A stretch of 64,000 nucleotides of DNA, from contig JAFGIU010000041.1 in assembly GCA_016929445.1 (NCBI GenBank), positions 1,929 to 65,928 on the forward strand, in the 5' to 3' direction. This document shows positions 18,232 through 28,138 of the stretch, piece after piece (position 1 is the stretch's first letter; every line of letters begins with the position of its first letter). The DNA comes from Candidatus Omnitrophota bacterium. Its GTDB lineage: Bacteria; Omnitrophota; Gorgyraeia; JAFGIU01. The translations under genes and the position numbers were made by a program. The notes under the pieces are model-generated. The model made no database searches, was not told the origin of the DNA, and worked only from the letters and a program-made list of their open reading frames with translations.

Positions 18232-19391
18232 GCCTCTGGAGCGGGGATCTTAAGCACGATCTTGGCGAGCACGCCGCCTCCGGGACGGTTGGTCACACTG
18301 ATCGTGCCGTTGTGGGATTCGATAATGTTGCGACTGAGCGTAAGCCCCAGGCCGCTGCCCTGTTTGACCGTGCGTGTGGTGAAAAAGGGATCAAAGATTT
18401 TGGTGATGTCTTTTTCTGAAATTCCCGCACCCGTGTCCTCGATATCAATCACAAAGACTTCTTCGCCCTCGTGGAATTGATCCGGCCGGCGCACGGCGGA
18501 CTTTTCTTGTATACGTTGAAAGACATCTGTGTACGTGGCCACAGTGAGGATCCCTCCATCGGGCATGGCCTGCAAGGCATTGCGGTACACAGAAACCAAA
18601 GCTTGATTGAACTTCTCGTGGTCCAGTGCAATCTTGGGCAGGTTCCTGCCCAGCTTCTTCACGATCTTGATGTTGTTCTTTTTGAATTCCTGATCCATGA
18701 GAAAGAGGGCCTTTTCCACCACCGTGTTGACAGTCTCCTGGTGGGGAGTGCCGCGTTGCGCCCCGGAGAGATTGGAGAGATCCTCGATAATCGTATCCAC
18801 CTGCTTCACAGAGTCTTCGATATTGCGCAGAGCGTCCTGGGTTTTGTCGTCATCCGTGTTGGTGTGTTTGAAGAGAAAGTGTGTGGCTAGCAGAATGCTG
18901 GTAAGAGGGTGCTTGATTTCATCGGCCATACGTTTGGCCAAACGGCCGGAAGATTCGAATTTTTCAGCCTGAATAAGCTGATCCTGCGTGGCCTGGAGCT
19001 CTTGGTGTGTGCGTTGGAGCTGGGCCTTGTCCGCGGCGTGCGTGAGAAGCTCCGTTTGCAAGCGCTCGATTGTAACGTGGAGTTCCCGGGAGGAACGCTC
19101 TATCCTTGAATGGGAAATCAGAAGATCCTGCACAATATCGTGGATCATGTTGCGGCCGAAAAACAGGCCGAGCAGGGCGATAAAGATGCTCAACAAAAAG
19201 TAGAAACCGTCCAGACCGATGAGTGCATTGACGGAAAAGAAGCGGACGGTAATCAGATAAAGACAGATGAGCAAGGGAATGATGCTCATTAGGGCAAATG
19301 CCACGTGGAAACGAGCTAGAGTGGCCTCGGATAAGCTGACCGGTATAGGAGGATTCTTCTCAGTGCTCACGCCCATAGTATACGACGGCAC
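18228..19391 (-). CDS. Sensor histidine kinase (2 TM + HisKA + HATPase_c)
   Basis: H-box AEKFESSGRLAKRMADEIKHPL. G-boxes DTGAGI and GSGLGL. Confidence 0.85.
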   Translation of the reverse strand: MPSYTMGVSTEKNPPIPVSLSEATLARFHVAFALMSIIPLLICLYLITVRFFSVNALIGLDGFYFLLSIFIALLGLFFGRNMIHDIVQDLLISHSRIERSSRELHVTIERLQTELLTHAADKAQLQRTHQELQATQDQLIQAEKFESSGRLAKRMADEIKHPLTSILLATHFLFKHTNTDDDKTQDALRNIEDSVKQVDTIIEDLSNLSGAQRGTPHQETVNTVVEKALFLMDQEFKKNNIKIVKKLGRNLPKIALDHEKFNQALVSVYRNALQAMPDGGILTVATYTDVFQRIQEKSAVRRPDQFHEGEEVFVIDIEDTGAGISEKDITKIFDPFFTTRTVKQGSGLGLTLSRNIIESHNGTISVTNRPGGGVLAKIVLKIPAPEA

Positions 19392-19413
19392 AAGGTGTAA
19401 GCCCAGTGCAGGG

Positions 19414-21507
19414 CTAGCTGAGCTTGAGCGCTGCCAAGGTGCGGGGCGGGAGAGTGTATGGAGTTCCGCAGGGGATCTGCTCCCCGTGTCTTTCAGGAAC
19501 AGAAGTGTGGATCATGGTTGTCCACGAGTGCGGGGCCCGGTAACAGGGCGGGTAGAAAACTTGTTCCGAATGGCCGGCGTTCATCAAGATAAAAAAGGTC
19601 GAGTCCGCGCCCACCAACCACATCCCGATGCATAACAGGTTCGGGGACTGCCAGTCGCTTTGCTTCATCTCCTGGCCGGAAGGTTTCAGCCAGAGCACGT
19701 CTTTGGCACGCAAACCCGGGAGAAATCGGCCGGTGAGGTACTCTGTGCGTCCTAACAGGGGCTCTGTCCGGCGCAGCCGGATAACGTGCTTGGTAAACTC
19801 AAGGAATTCTTGATCCGTTGGACTGAGATCCCAGTTAAGCCAGCTAAGTTCGCTATCTTGGCAATAGGCGTTGTTATTACCGAGCTGCGTGTGCCCGAGT
19901 TCGTCTCCGCCCAGGATCATGGGCGTGCCTATCGAGATCATGAGCGTGGCCATGAAATTGCGCTTATGCTTTTGGCGGCGGGAAACCGTCTCCGGGTCGT
20001 CGGTGGGCCCTTCAACCCCGCAGTTCCAGCTCAGGTTGTGGCTTTCGCCGTCCCGGTTGTTTTCGCCGTTGGCCTCGTTGTGCTTGGAGTTGTAGCTGAC
20101 CAAGTCTTGGAGGGTAAATCCGTCGTGGCAGGTCACAAAGTTGATGCTTGCGCTTGGAGGCCGGCCCTTTGTATCAAATTCCCATCCGCTGCCGCACACA
20201 CGTGAGATGAAGTCAGGGAGTGTTCCGGGCGTGCTTTTCCAATAGTTGCGCACGGCGCTGCGGAACTTATCATTCCATTCAGTCCAGGGCGGCGGGAAGT
20301 TTCCCAATTGATATCCGTCAAATCCGAGGTCCCATGGTTCAGCGATAAGTTTTGTCTTGTTTAGAAGAGGGTCCTCATTGATTTCCCTAAAGAACGCCCC
20401 GTTCATTTCCACGGAGTCTTTGCCGCGCGCCAAGGCAGTGGCTAAATCAAAACGGAAGCCGTCCACGTGCATCTCTCCCACCCAGTAGCGCAGGCTGTCG
20501 AGCACGAGCTGGCGCACCTGCGGGTGGCGCAGATTCAAGGTATTTCCGCAGCCGGAGAAGTTCTGGTAGAAACGCGGGTTGTTTGGTTCCAAACGGTAGT
20601 AGCTGGCATTGTCGATTCCCCGGAAATTGAGGGTGGGGCCGAATTGATTGCCCTCAGCCGTGTGGTTGTAGACCACATCCAGAATCACCTCGATGCCGGC
20701 ATTATGAAAGGACTTGACCATGTTGCGGAATTCATGGATAGCAAGCACCGGATCCTGTGCTGCGGCGTACTCGTAGTGGGGGATGAAGAAGGAGAGGGTG
20801 TTGTAGCCCCAATAATTGGTGGTTCCTTTGTCTTCGAGGTGGCGGTCGTCTGCATGAAGGTGCACGGGCAGCAGTTCGATCGCCGTGATGCCCAATTCTT
20901 GGAGGTGGCGGATCACGGGTTCGCTGGCAAGGCCCGCGTAAGTGCCGCGCAACTCCCTGGGGACTTTGGGGTGCAGGGCGGTCATGCCTTTGACGTGCGT
21001 TTCGTAAATCAGGGTTTTGTCCCAGGGCACCAGCGGAGCCTTGTCCTCGCCCCAATCATAGTGCTCCTCAACGACCATCCCCAGCGGAGCGCAGGCGGCG
21101 CTGTCTTTGCGGTCCATGAAGAGATCGCTGCGGCGTTTGGTAAATCGATAGGAAAAGAGTTCGTCCGACCACTTCAGCGGCCGGCCCAAAGCTTTGGCAT
21201 AAGGATCCAGCAGGACCTTGAAGGGATTGAAACGGTGCCCCTGGCGCGGGGTGTAGGGGCCGTGAATGCGGTAGCCGTAAAGCTGGCCCGGGCCGATTGC
21301 GGGCAAGTAGGCGTGCCAGACTCCCTGGGTGCGTTCTTGCAGAGGCAGGCGATGGGTTTCACGCGCAGCTTCCGGTGAATCAAAGAGGCAGAGTTCCACC
21401 GAAGTCGCGTGTTTGGCAAAGATGGCAAAGTTGGTCCCACTGCCGTCAAAGGTCGCCCCCAAGGGGGTTGCGCGTCCGGTTTCGAGGGTTGGAGCGGATG
21501 TACTCAA
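19414..21507 (-). CDS. glgX: Glycogen debranching enzyme GlgX (isoamylase, GH13)
   Basis: N-terminal PLGATFDGSGTNFAIFAKHATSVELCLF. GH13 catalytic regions (GFRFDLA, EPWD). 697 aa. Confidence 0.9.
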   Translation of the reverse strand: MSTSAPTLETGRATPLGATFDGSGTNFAIFAKHATSVELCLFDSPEAARETHRLPLQERTQGVWHAYLPAIGPGQLYGYRIHGPYTPRQGHRFNPFKVLLDPYAKALGRPLKWSDELFSYRFTKRRSDLFMDRKDSAACAPLGMVVEEHYDWGEDKAPLVPWDKTLIYETHVKGMTALHPKVPRELRGTYAGLASEPVIRHLQELGITAIELLPVHLHADDRHLEDKGTTNYWGYNTLSFFIPHYEYAAAQDPVLAIHEFRNMVKSFHNAGIEVILDVVYNHTAEGNQFGPTLNFRGIDNASYYRLEPNNPRFYQNFSGCGNTLNLRHPQVRQLVLDSLRYWVGEMHVDGFRFDLATALARGKDSVEMNGAFFREINEDPLLNKTKLIAEPWDLGFDGYQLGNFPPPWTEWNDKFRSAVRNYWKSTPGTLPDFISRVCGSGWEFDTKGRPPSASINFVTCHDGFTLQDLVSYNSKHNEANGENNRDGESHNLSWNCGVEGPTDDPETVSRRQKHKRNFMATLMISIGTPMILGGDELGHTQLGNNNAYCQDSELSWLNWDLSPTDQEFLEFTKHVIRLRRTEPLLGRTEYLTGRFLPGLRAKDVLWLKPSGQEMKQSDWQSPNLLCIGMWLVGADSTFFILMNAGHSEQVFYPPCYRAPHSWTTMIHTSVPERHGEQIPCGTPYTLPPRTLAALKLS

Positions 21508-21616
21508 GATGGGTCATTATAGCGGTGCTCAGCTTGATGCTCAACACCGGGGAGGCGTGGCTTGATACGGGTCCTATTTGTAGTAGAATCCCATAGGAGT
21601 ATATAGGGCATTAATT

Positions 21617-22819
21617 ATGGCAAATGAAAAACTTAATCTCCTGTTGGTAGAAGACAGTCCTACTGAGGCGGCTCTAATTCAAGAACGCCTGGAAGAGGCT
21701 TTCTCCGGTAAATTTTTTATTGAGCATCACAGCTTGCTCGTCACTGCCATTGACCGTCTGGGGCGCGGGCACATTGATGTTGTGCTCTTGGACTTGCACT
21801 TGCCCGATAGCCAGGGTCTTTGCACGGTTCAACGCGTGTGCGAATCAGTGCCGCAGGTTCCTGTCGTGGTTCTCACGGGCTTGGACGATGATTCGGCCGG
21901 GGTTCAGGCGGTTCGCTTCGGGGCCCAGGACTATCTTGTGAAGGGGCATTTTTCCGGAAGTGAGATTTTGCGGGTCCTGCGTTATGCAATTGAACGCCAC
22001 AAGATTCTTGAAAAACTCAAGTCCACTCAGCTGCAACTAGTTGAATCAGCAAAGTTTGAGTCTGTGGGCCGCTTGGCTCAAGGCGTGGCGCACGAGGTCA
22101 AGAATCCCCTAGCCATTCTCCTTGTCGGAGTTGAGTACCTGGCTGAAAAGATCCCGGGGGACAAGGATCTGCTCGGAATCCTGGAAAATATGGACCGGGC
22201 GATCAGGCGGGCCGACAAGATCATCAACGGTCTGGTGGACCTCTCTGTGGAGCGGGAACTGCGCTTTGAGGTGGATGACCTCAACATTGTGGTTGAACAC
22301 GTGCTGCTGTTGCTGACGCATGATTTGGCGCGCGCGCAGATCACAGTCATTCCCAGACTAGTTGAGGGCCTTCCTCCTGTGCTGGTGAACCGGGGCCGTC
22401 TGGAGCAGGTATTTATCAGTATTTTCCTCAACAGTATTTACGCAATGGCGGATGGTGGTGTGCTCAAGATCAAGACAGCTGTCCGGGAAGTCCGTGAGTT
22501 GGACAAGGAAGTGGGTTCGAAAGTTCCGGAGCGCCTGGCGGCTGACCAAAAAGTGGTTGTGGTGGAAATCGAAGACTCCGGCCCCGGGATCGGCGCAGAG
22601 GAAATGGAAAAGGTTTTTGACCCCTTCTTCACAACCAAACCCACGGGCCAGGGACCCGGACTGGGGCTGTCGGTGGCACGCAAGATTATGGAACTCCACA
22701 AAGGGATTATTTACCTAGCCAACCGGCCAGAGGGTGGTGTGCGCGCCACCCTGATCTTTGAGCCTGCTGCACGCCAGGAGCAGGGATCTCGCGCAGGCAC
22801 GCAACGACGTCCTACGTAG
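21617..22819 (+). CDS. Hybrid response-regulator receiver / histidine kinase
   Basis: N-terminal REC domain (LLVEDSPTEAAL ... VVLLDLHLPD). Then H-box SAKFESVGRLAQGVAHEVKNPL and HATPase_c (DSGPGIG, GPGLGLS). Confidence 0.85.
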   Translation: MANEKLNLLLVEDSPTEAALIQERLEEAFSGKFFIEHHSLLVTAIDRLGRGHIDVVLLDLHLPDSQGLCTVQRVCESVPQVPVVVLTGLDDDSAGVQAVRFGAQDYLVKGHFSGSEILRVLRYAIERHKILEKLKSTQLQLVESAKFESVGRLAQGVAHEVKNPLAILLVGVEYLAEKIPGDKDLLGILENMDRAIRRADKIINGLVDLSVERELRFEVDDLNIVVEHVLLLLTHDLARAQITVIPRLVEGLPPVLVNRGRLEQVFISIFLNSIYAMADGGVLKIKTAVREVRELDKEVGSKVPERLAADQKVVVVEIEDSGPGIGAEEMEKVFDPFFTTKPTGQGPGLGLSVARKIMELHKGIIYLANRPEGGVRATLIFEPAARQEQGSRAGTQRRPT

Positions 22820-22836
22820 GGATTCACTGGAACTGT

Positions 22837-24693
22837 ATGCTCGAGCAAATCCTAAGCCCGTCCTCTTATTCCTCTTCCGCCTTTGCTCTTGCCCCCGCTT
22901 TTGTCGGTCTCTACGTCCTCTGTGTTGCATTCGCCACACTGGTGCACGAGCGATTTTCCAAGATTAGCCTAACCTATGCCTTGTCCTGCGCAGGTGTTGC
23001 CGTTTGGTATTCCTCTATGTCGATGAATTACATGGCAAACAGCCATGAGTTGAACGCGTGGTGGATCAAAACCGGACTCCTGTTTTTTTGTATGACTCCA
23101 TCCATGATTATCGACACGAGCGCGGGAATTATCCGCAGGACACGACAATTCCGCACGTTGTTGCGGGTTAGCCATGCCCTTTCCTTTATTTACTTTGTGA
23201 CTATCCTGCTCGGACTCGGATTCTACACGGGCATTCATCACTATGAATGGGGCCACTATCCGGTATACGGCTTGGTCGGATGGTCCTTTGTCTTGTTTTT
23301 TGCCGGGGCAGTGCTTTTTAATCTGTGGTGCTTCAGAAAGTCCAGTAATGAATCGGATTCGCCTTTGCACAAAAAGAGATTGCGGGCTTTTGCGATCGCC
23401 TATGCTGTTTGTTACTTAGGTGCTTGGGACTTTCTGCCAGTCTTTGGAGTTGACGCTTATCCTTACGGCCCCGTTCCGGTGGGCGCCGGGTTTACCCTGA
23501 TGGCCTTTGCCATATGGCAGTATCGCTTGGTGGCGATCACACCGTCTCTTGCAGCTAAACACATCATTAAGACAATGCCGGAAGCGCTATTTGTTTTTGA
23601 TAACGAGGGGATTCTGAGCATCGTCAACCAATCCGGATGCGATTTGCTAGGCCGGCAAGAAACTGATCTTGTCGAGAAATCAATTGTCCGGATTGATGAT
23701 TCGGTGTTGACCCCTAAGTTTGTGCAGGAACTGATCGAGCTTGGAAATGTCAAAGATATGGAAATAGTACACCAGGGGAGGGAGGGTCAACGCTGGCTCA
23801 GCCTTTCTTCCCAAACGATGACCTCCGCGGACGGCAATTTGGAGGGCCTGGTGATTGTGGCGCGTGACATTACTGAGCGCAAAAGTGTTGAGAACGGGAT
23901 CTTGCTTGCGCGAACGGAACTGGCTAATACCCAGCTCCAAATAGCCAGGATGGAGAAGCTCCAGTCTATGGGACGTTTGGTTGCGGGCGTGGCTCATGAA
24001 GTCCTGAACCCTCTCACCACCATCAAATTGGGGGCGGAGGTTTTACGCGGAAGGCTTGTGCGAAACGAGGATCTGCATCCCATTGCGCAGGATATTCTGG
24101 ATGCCGGTGTGCGCGCGGAGGAGGTCTTGAAAAGGCTGATAAAGTTTTCCACCAGTTCGGAATTTAAGTTGCAGGAATGCAGCTTGAACCGCATCGTGGA
24201 GTCCGCTCTCCTGGTTCTGGAGCCCGAGATCAAGATCAGGCAGGTGAAGTTGGAATTGAATTTGGCTTCGGGCTTGCCGGCACTCCAATTGGATGCAGGG
24301 AAGATCGAACAGGCATTGGTCAATGTATTGTCGAACGCGATTCAGGCGGCACCCATTCGCGGTTCGTTGAAGGTTTCGTCCAAATTTCTCAACTCTTGCC
24401 GTTTCGACAACAGTGATGCGAATAACCGTCAGGCGGACCGGCTGCGCACGGGCGATAGTGTGATTGCGGTCGATATCGAGGACAACGGGCCGGGTATCTC
24501 GGAATCTCTCCTTGGCAATGTATTCGATCCCTTTTACACAACCAAACCCACGGGCAAGGCGATGGGTCTGGGGCTTACCGTGGCGCAGAAGATCGTGGAG
24601 TTGCACGGCGGGACCATTCATTTGCGGAATCGCAAAGAGGGAGGTGTTTGCGCTACTGTGTGTCTGAAGGTGTCTGACCCGGTACCGCATTAG
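22837..24693 (+). CDS. Membrane sensor histidine kinase (multi-TM sensor + PAS + HisKA + HATPase_c)
   Basis: ~7 hydrophobic segments at the N-terminus. PAS-like region. H-box KLQSMGRLVAGVAHEVLNPL. DNGPGIS and GLGLTV. Confidence 0.85.
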   Translation: MLEQILSPSSYSSSAFALAPAFVGLYVLCVAFATLVHERFSKISLTYALSCAGVAVWYSSMSMNYMANSHELNAWWIKTGLLFFCMTPSMIIDTSAGIIRRTRQFRTLLRVSHALSFIYFVTILLGLGFYTGIHHYEWGHYPVYGLVGWSFVLFFAGAVLFNLWCFRKSSNESDSPLHKKRLRAFAIAYAVCYLGAWDFLPVFGVDAYPYGPVPVGAGFTLMAFAIWQYRLVAITPSLAAKHIIKTMPEALFVFDNEGILSIVNQSGCDLLGRQETDLVEKSIVRIDDSVLTPKFVQELIELGNVKDMEIVHQGREGQRWLSLSSQTMTSADGNLEGLVIVARDITERKSVENGILLARTELANTQLQIARMEKLQSMGRLVAGVAHEVLNPLTTIKLGAEVLRGRLVRNEDLHPIAQDILDAGVRAEEVLKRLIKFSTSSEFKLQECSLNRIVESALLVLEPEIKIRQVKLELNLASGLPALQLDAGKIEQALVNVLSNAIQAAPIRGSLKVSSKFLNSCRFDNSDANNRQADRLRTGDSVIAVDIEDNGPGISESLLGNVFDPFYTTKPTGKAMGLGLTVAQKIVELHGGTIHLRNRKEGGVCATVCLKVSDPVPH

Positions 24694-25438
24694 CGATTTC
24701 CGCGCAGGTTAAGAACTGCCGTCCTTGAGCGCGCAGCTGCTTAACCCACTCTGTAAAAAATGCCTTCTGGCTGGGGCCGCAACGCCGGTAGTAGTACTGC
24801 TTCTTCCATCCGGCCACATTCAACCCTTCCACCGGACACCCGGCTAAATCGAAACAATGAGCATAGCAGACCACCGTTTCCAGGCCCCGGGTTGTGTGAG
24901 CGGCCGCTGCTAAAGCAGCAGGTCCCATTCCCATCAGCGCGGAACTCGAATAGGGCATGCCGCGCGCCATGAGTCGCGTGACCGGCACCCGGACCAGCTT
25001 AGGAGTTGCGGGGTCGATATGAGGCGGGACCCGCGAAAGCAGCGAAGAATCGTAATCGAAAAACTTTTCAACTTCGGAGAGGATCAGAGGGTTTGTCTGA
25101 AGGCTCATCGCGCGAAAACCCTTAATCTCAATGCCCTCCCGGTCAAAAGCTGCCTTGGACTCCTCAATGATTCCCGGGATGCCGGAGGGCTCGAGCTGCG
25201 TGAGACACTGCTTGTTCCCTTTGTCCATTTCGGAGTGGTGCGCGCCGTGACTGGCGATCTCATGCGGGGATTCCCTTAGCGCGCGGATCACATCCGGATT
25301 TCGCTCCAGTACCGAAGTTGTGCAAAAGAAAGTAGCCCGGATCCCGAGTTCCCCCAGCAGATCGAGAAATGCGTGGACCCCTTCCGGCGCAGCTTCAAAG
25401 GTGTGTTCGACATCAATGCTGAGGACGGCTTTTAGCAT
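24653..25438 (-). CDS. Polysaccharide deacetylase (NodB homology) family protein
   Basis: LSIDVE start and HGxxH motif (SHGAHH) typical of NodB/CE4. 261 aa. Confidence 0.7.
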   Translation of the reverse strand: MLKAVLSIDVEHTFEAAPEGVHAFLDLLGELGIRATFFCTTSVLERNPDVIRALRESPHEIASHGAHHSEMDKGNKQCLTQLEPSGIPGIIEESKAAFDREGIEIKGFRAMSLQTNPLILSEVEKFFDYDSSLLSRVPPHIDPATPKLVRVPVTRLMARGMPYSSSALMGMGPAALAAAAHTTRGLETVVCYAHCFDLAGCPVEGLNVAGWKKQYYYRRCGPSQKAFFTEWVKQLRAQGRQFLTCAEIANAVPGQTPSDTQ

Positions 25439-26169
25439 CAGGCTCGTTTATCTGCGGACACGATGAAGGTATCGGCCCACAAGGTGTTCCAAAGTCCGGT
25501 GAAGTGTTCCCAAATCAGATACGGCCGGTCGTGGGCGTGGCTGTACTCGAAACGGATACCCAAAACGTCCAGGTATTCTGGAAGCTCTCTTGCGCTGCTA
25601 AAAGGGACAATGATGTAAAGGTTCCGGCCGGTCAGAGAGTTGATCGTGAATCCTGTTTGCTCCAATAGCGTCTTCAGGCTTGCGGCTGAGAAGAAACGCA
25701 GGTGCTCGGAGTGCTGCACCTCCGAGCAGGTTTTCCCCAATAGATGCAAAAGGCGGTAAGCAATGTGCGCGCTATTGGGGGTGGTGAGCAGCAGCCGGCC
25801 GCCCGGCTTCAGCACGCGGCGGATTTCCGTGAGCAGCGCAGTGGGATTCGCCACATGTTCGAGCAGCTCCGTGCACCAAACGAGATCAAACTCGGCATCG
25901 GAAAGAGGCAAAGCTTCTTCAAGATTCGCTGTTTGTCCCTCAATGCCGCGCTCCCGGAGTTTTTGGATTGCATTGGAGCTGATATCAATACCGTAGACCT
26001 CGTGACCCATTTCTTTAAGCCGCGAAGCCATCACACCCGAGCCGCACCCCAAATCCAGCGCCCGGCCCGGCTTCAGCCCGCGCGCTTGCTCCAGAGCCCT
26101 CAGCTTATAGCTGTGCAGGACCTCTTCACCCGAAGCATACTTTTGTTGGTAATATTCGACATTCGGCAT
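25438..26169 (-). CDS. Class I SAM-dependent methyltransferase
   Basis: Motif I ALDLGCGSGV, motif LKPGGRLLLTTPN. Confidence 0.8.
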   Translation of the reverse strand: MPNVEYYQQKYASGEEVLHSYKLRALEQARGLKPGRALDLGCGSGVMASRLKEMGHEVYGIDISSNAIQKLRERGIEGQTANLEEALPLSDAEFDLVWCTELLEHVANPTALLTEIRRVLKPGGRLLLTTPNSAHIAYRLLHLLGKTCSEVQHSEHLRFFSAASLKTLLEQTGFTINSLTGRNLYIIVPFSSARELPEYLDVLGIRFEYSHAHDRPYLIWEHFTGLWNTLWADTFIVSADKRA

Positions 26170-27204
26170 TTAGCGGAACCAGGTTCGGAGCATAACCCAT
26201 CCGAAACCCAGAGGGTACCGTAGGCCCGGCGGTTTCTTGCTCATTCCGTTCTCCCGGTTGGCCACGGTGACAGGAACTTCCTTGTACCTCAGCCCCTTTC
26301 TGCGGGATTCAATCAAGATTTCCGGGGCGCTAAACCGGGATTCTTTCAGATTAAGGCGCATCAGATCTTGGGCGCGGATCGCGCGAAAGCCGTTGGTGAC
26401 ATCGGACACGCGCCTGCCGGTGAGTACGCTGGCCACTTTGGAAAAAAAGACAATGCCCGCGTGCCTTCCCGAGCCTTTTCCTTCGTACTCCCCCAGAAAA
26501 CGGGAACCCACCACCAAATCCGCCTCATCATTGAGCACAGGCAAGACCAGGCGCTCAACCTCTTCCGGCTGGTGTTGGCCGTCCGCGTCCATGGTGACGA
26601 TAACATCTGCTCCGTGCTCCAAAGCAATTTCAAATCCGGCGCGCAGCGCATCTCCCTGCCCACGGTTGATAATCAAGCTCGTCACAGGGTGGGCTGCATC
26701 GCGGCAAAGGGTATGCGTGTTGTCAGTGGCGCCGTCCACCACAACAATGGGTTTGACTTCACTGCTTCCGATCGTAGTGGGGAGGCGGCTGAGGACCCCT
26801 TGGATGGTGTCGCTTTCGTTAAAGGCGGGGATGACGACTGCGGTTAGAGTTCCGCCTGCTTTAATTCCGGAATGGGCTTGGGCAAATTCCGCGCGGGCCA
26901 AAGTCCGCACCAGATCGGACAGATGGCGCTGAGAGGCGCGCACTTGGTCCACCAAATAGAGCACGAGGAGGAAAAGAATGCCGTTCGCGACCACCACCAG
27001 AGTGAGCCAGCGGATCTGCATATTGAGGGAGCGGCGAACGAAGTCCAGAAGAGAGGGGAACGCGCTGGTCGCGATAATGGTGAGGGCAACAGCCCAGAAC
27101 ACAGCCAGATCCAGCCGCCTCAGGCTGCCGGAACGGAAGCGGCGATAAGTGAAAAAGGCCAGCCAAAGGCCGACCAGTATTCCTAAAATTTGGATATTTC
27201 TCAT
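26170..27204 (-). CDS. GT2 polyprenyl-phosphate glycosyltransferase (ArnC/DPM1/GtrB-like) with N-terminal membrane helices
   Basis: ATG at 27204 (MRNIQILGIL). GT2 motifs VVIPAFNESD and TMDADGQHQPEE (DxD). Three N-terminal TM helices. Confidence 0.8.
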   Translation of the reverse strand: MRNIQILGILVGLWLAFFTYRRFRSGSLRRLDLAVFWAVALTIIATSAFPSLLDFVRRSLNMQIRWLTLVVVANGILFLLVLYLVDQVRASQRHLSDLVRTLARAEFAQAHSGIKAGGTLTAVVIPAFNESDTIQGVLSRLPTTIGSSEVKPIVVVDGATDNTHTLCRDAAHPVTSLIINRGQGDALRAGFEIALEHGADVIVTMDADGQHQPEEVERLVLPVLNDEADLVVGSRFLGEYEGKGSGRHAGIVFFSKVASVLTGRRVSDVTNGFRAIRAQDLMRLNLKESRFSAPEILIESRRKGLRYKEVPVTVANRENGMSKKPPGLRYPLGFGWVMLRTWFR

Positions 27205-27205
27205 G

Positions 27206-28138
27206 TTAAGTACTCTTGGTTCGCTGCAGATAAAGGGTGCCCAAAGCCCCCCACACCCCAACGACAATCCATTGTATCACATGGCTTCCTACGGCCAGAA
27301 AGGCGGGGTTGGGCAGGCCCTCGCCCAAGCGGAGTCCCAGAAAGACGCTGGCTTCCCAAGTGCCGAGCCCTCCGGCGGTCTGCACTGTCTTTGAAAGCGA
27401 GAGAAAAACATAGATGAGGAGCAAGGAGGCGAGGCTGGGTGTGTGACCGACGGATTGCAGCAGGAAACTCAAGAAGACCAGGCGAACAATCTGTATGAGG
27501 AAACTGGCTGCGATCAATTTGAGATAGAGGCGGCGTTCGTGGAGCTTCCGGAGTTCAAAGGCCGTGTTGCGCAGCCAGCCGACCAGTTTCTTATGGAAGC
27601 GGGGTCCCTTCCCTTCATGGGCGCGCGGCTGGAGATTCTTGCGGCTCAGAATCTCCAGGCTGAGAACAAAGGCCCCGGTGCCGATCCATCCGATGGCCAC
27701 AGCCCAAGTGAGCTCCGTGTAATAGGGGAGGATGCTCTGGGGCCGCAGCGCCCAGAATCCGGTCAAGAAAAGCATGAGTGCGAGCGTGTCTCCCACATAG
27801 GTAAAGACAAAAGCGGATCCGGACTCCGCGAGGGACAGCTTGAGATAGTTGCGAGCCATATATAGAAATGAGGCGGATCCCGAGTGGCTGGGCAGGATGT
27901 GATACCAGACCGTGAAGATGCACAGAATGGCCGTGAGCATACCCAGTTCCCGAATTTGAAGCAGCCACGCCGTGATCCAGGCAGAGCCCATGTTGATTAG
28001 GAAAAAGAGACTCAGCGCGACCAGAAGGGGCCCTAAGTGAAAGGCCTTTTTTACCCCGGCCCACTCTTCAAAGGGGACTTGCAGCAAGACAAAAACGAAG
28101 AGACACAGAGGAATTAAGCCGCGCAGAAAAGTTTTCAT
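27206..28138 (-). CDS. Flippase-like membrane protein (lysylphosphatidylglycerol-synthase TM-region / UPF0104 family)
   Basis: ~8 TM segments. Family recalled as frequently adjacent to GT2 enzymes. Stop abuts the GT2 start. Confidence 0.6.
   Translation of the reverse strand: MKTFLRGLIPLCLFVFVLLQVPFEEWAGVKKAFHLGPLLVALSLFFLINMGSAWITAWLLQIRELGMLTAILCIFTVWYHILPSHSGSASFLYMARNYLKLSLAESGSAFVFTYVGDTLALMLFLTGFWALRPQSILPYYTELTWAVAIGWIGTGAFVLSLEILSRKNLQPRAHEGKGPRFHKKLVGWLRNTAFELRKLHERRLYLKLIAASFLIQIVRLVFLSFLLQSVGHTPSLASLLLIYVFLSLSKTVQTAGGLGTWEASVFLGLRLGEGLPNPAFLAVGSHVIQWIVVGVWGALGTLYLQRTKST

Noticed and set aside
20467-21378. 303-aa plus-strand ORF
   Set aside because: Antisense to glgX, which has unambiguous GH13 motifs.
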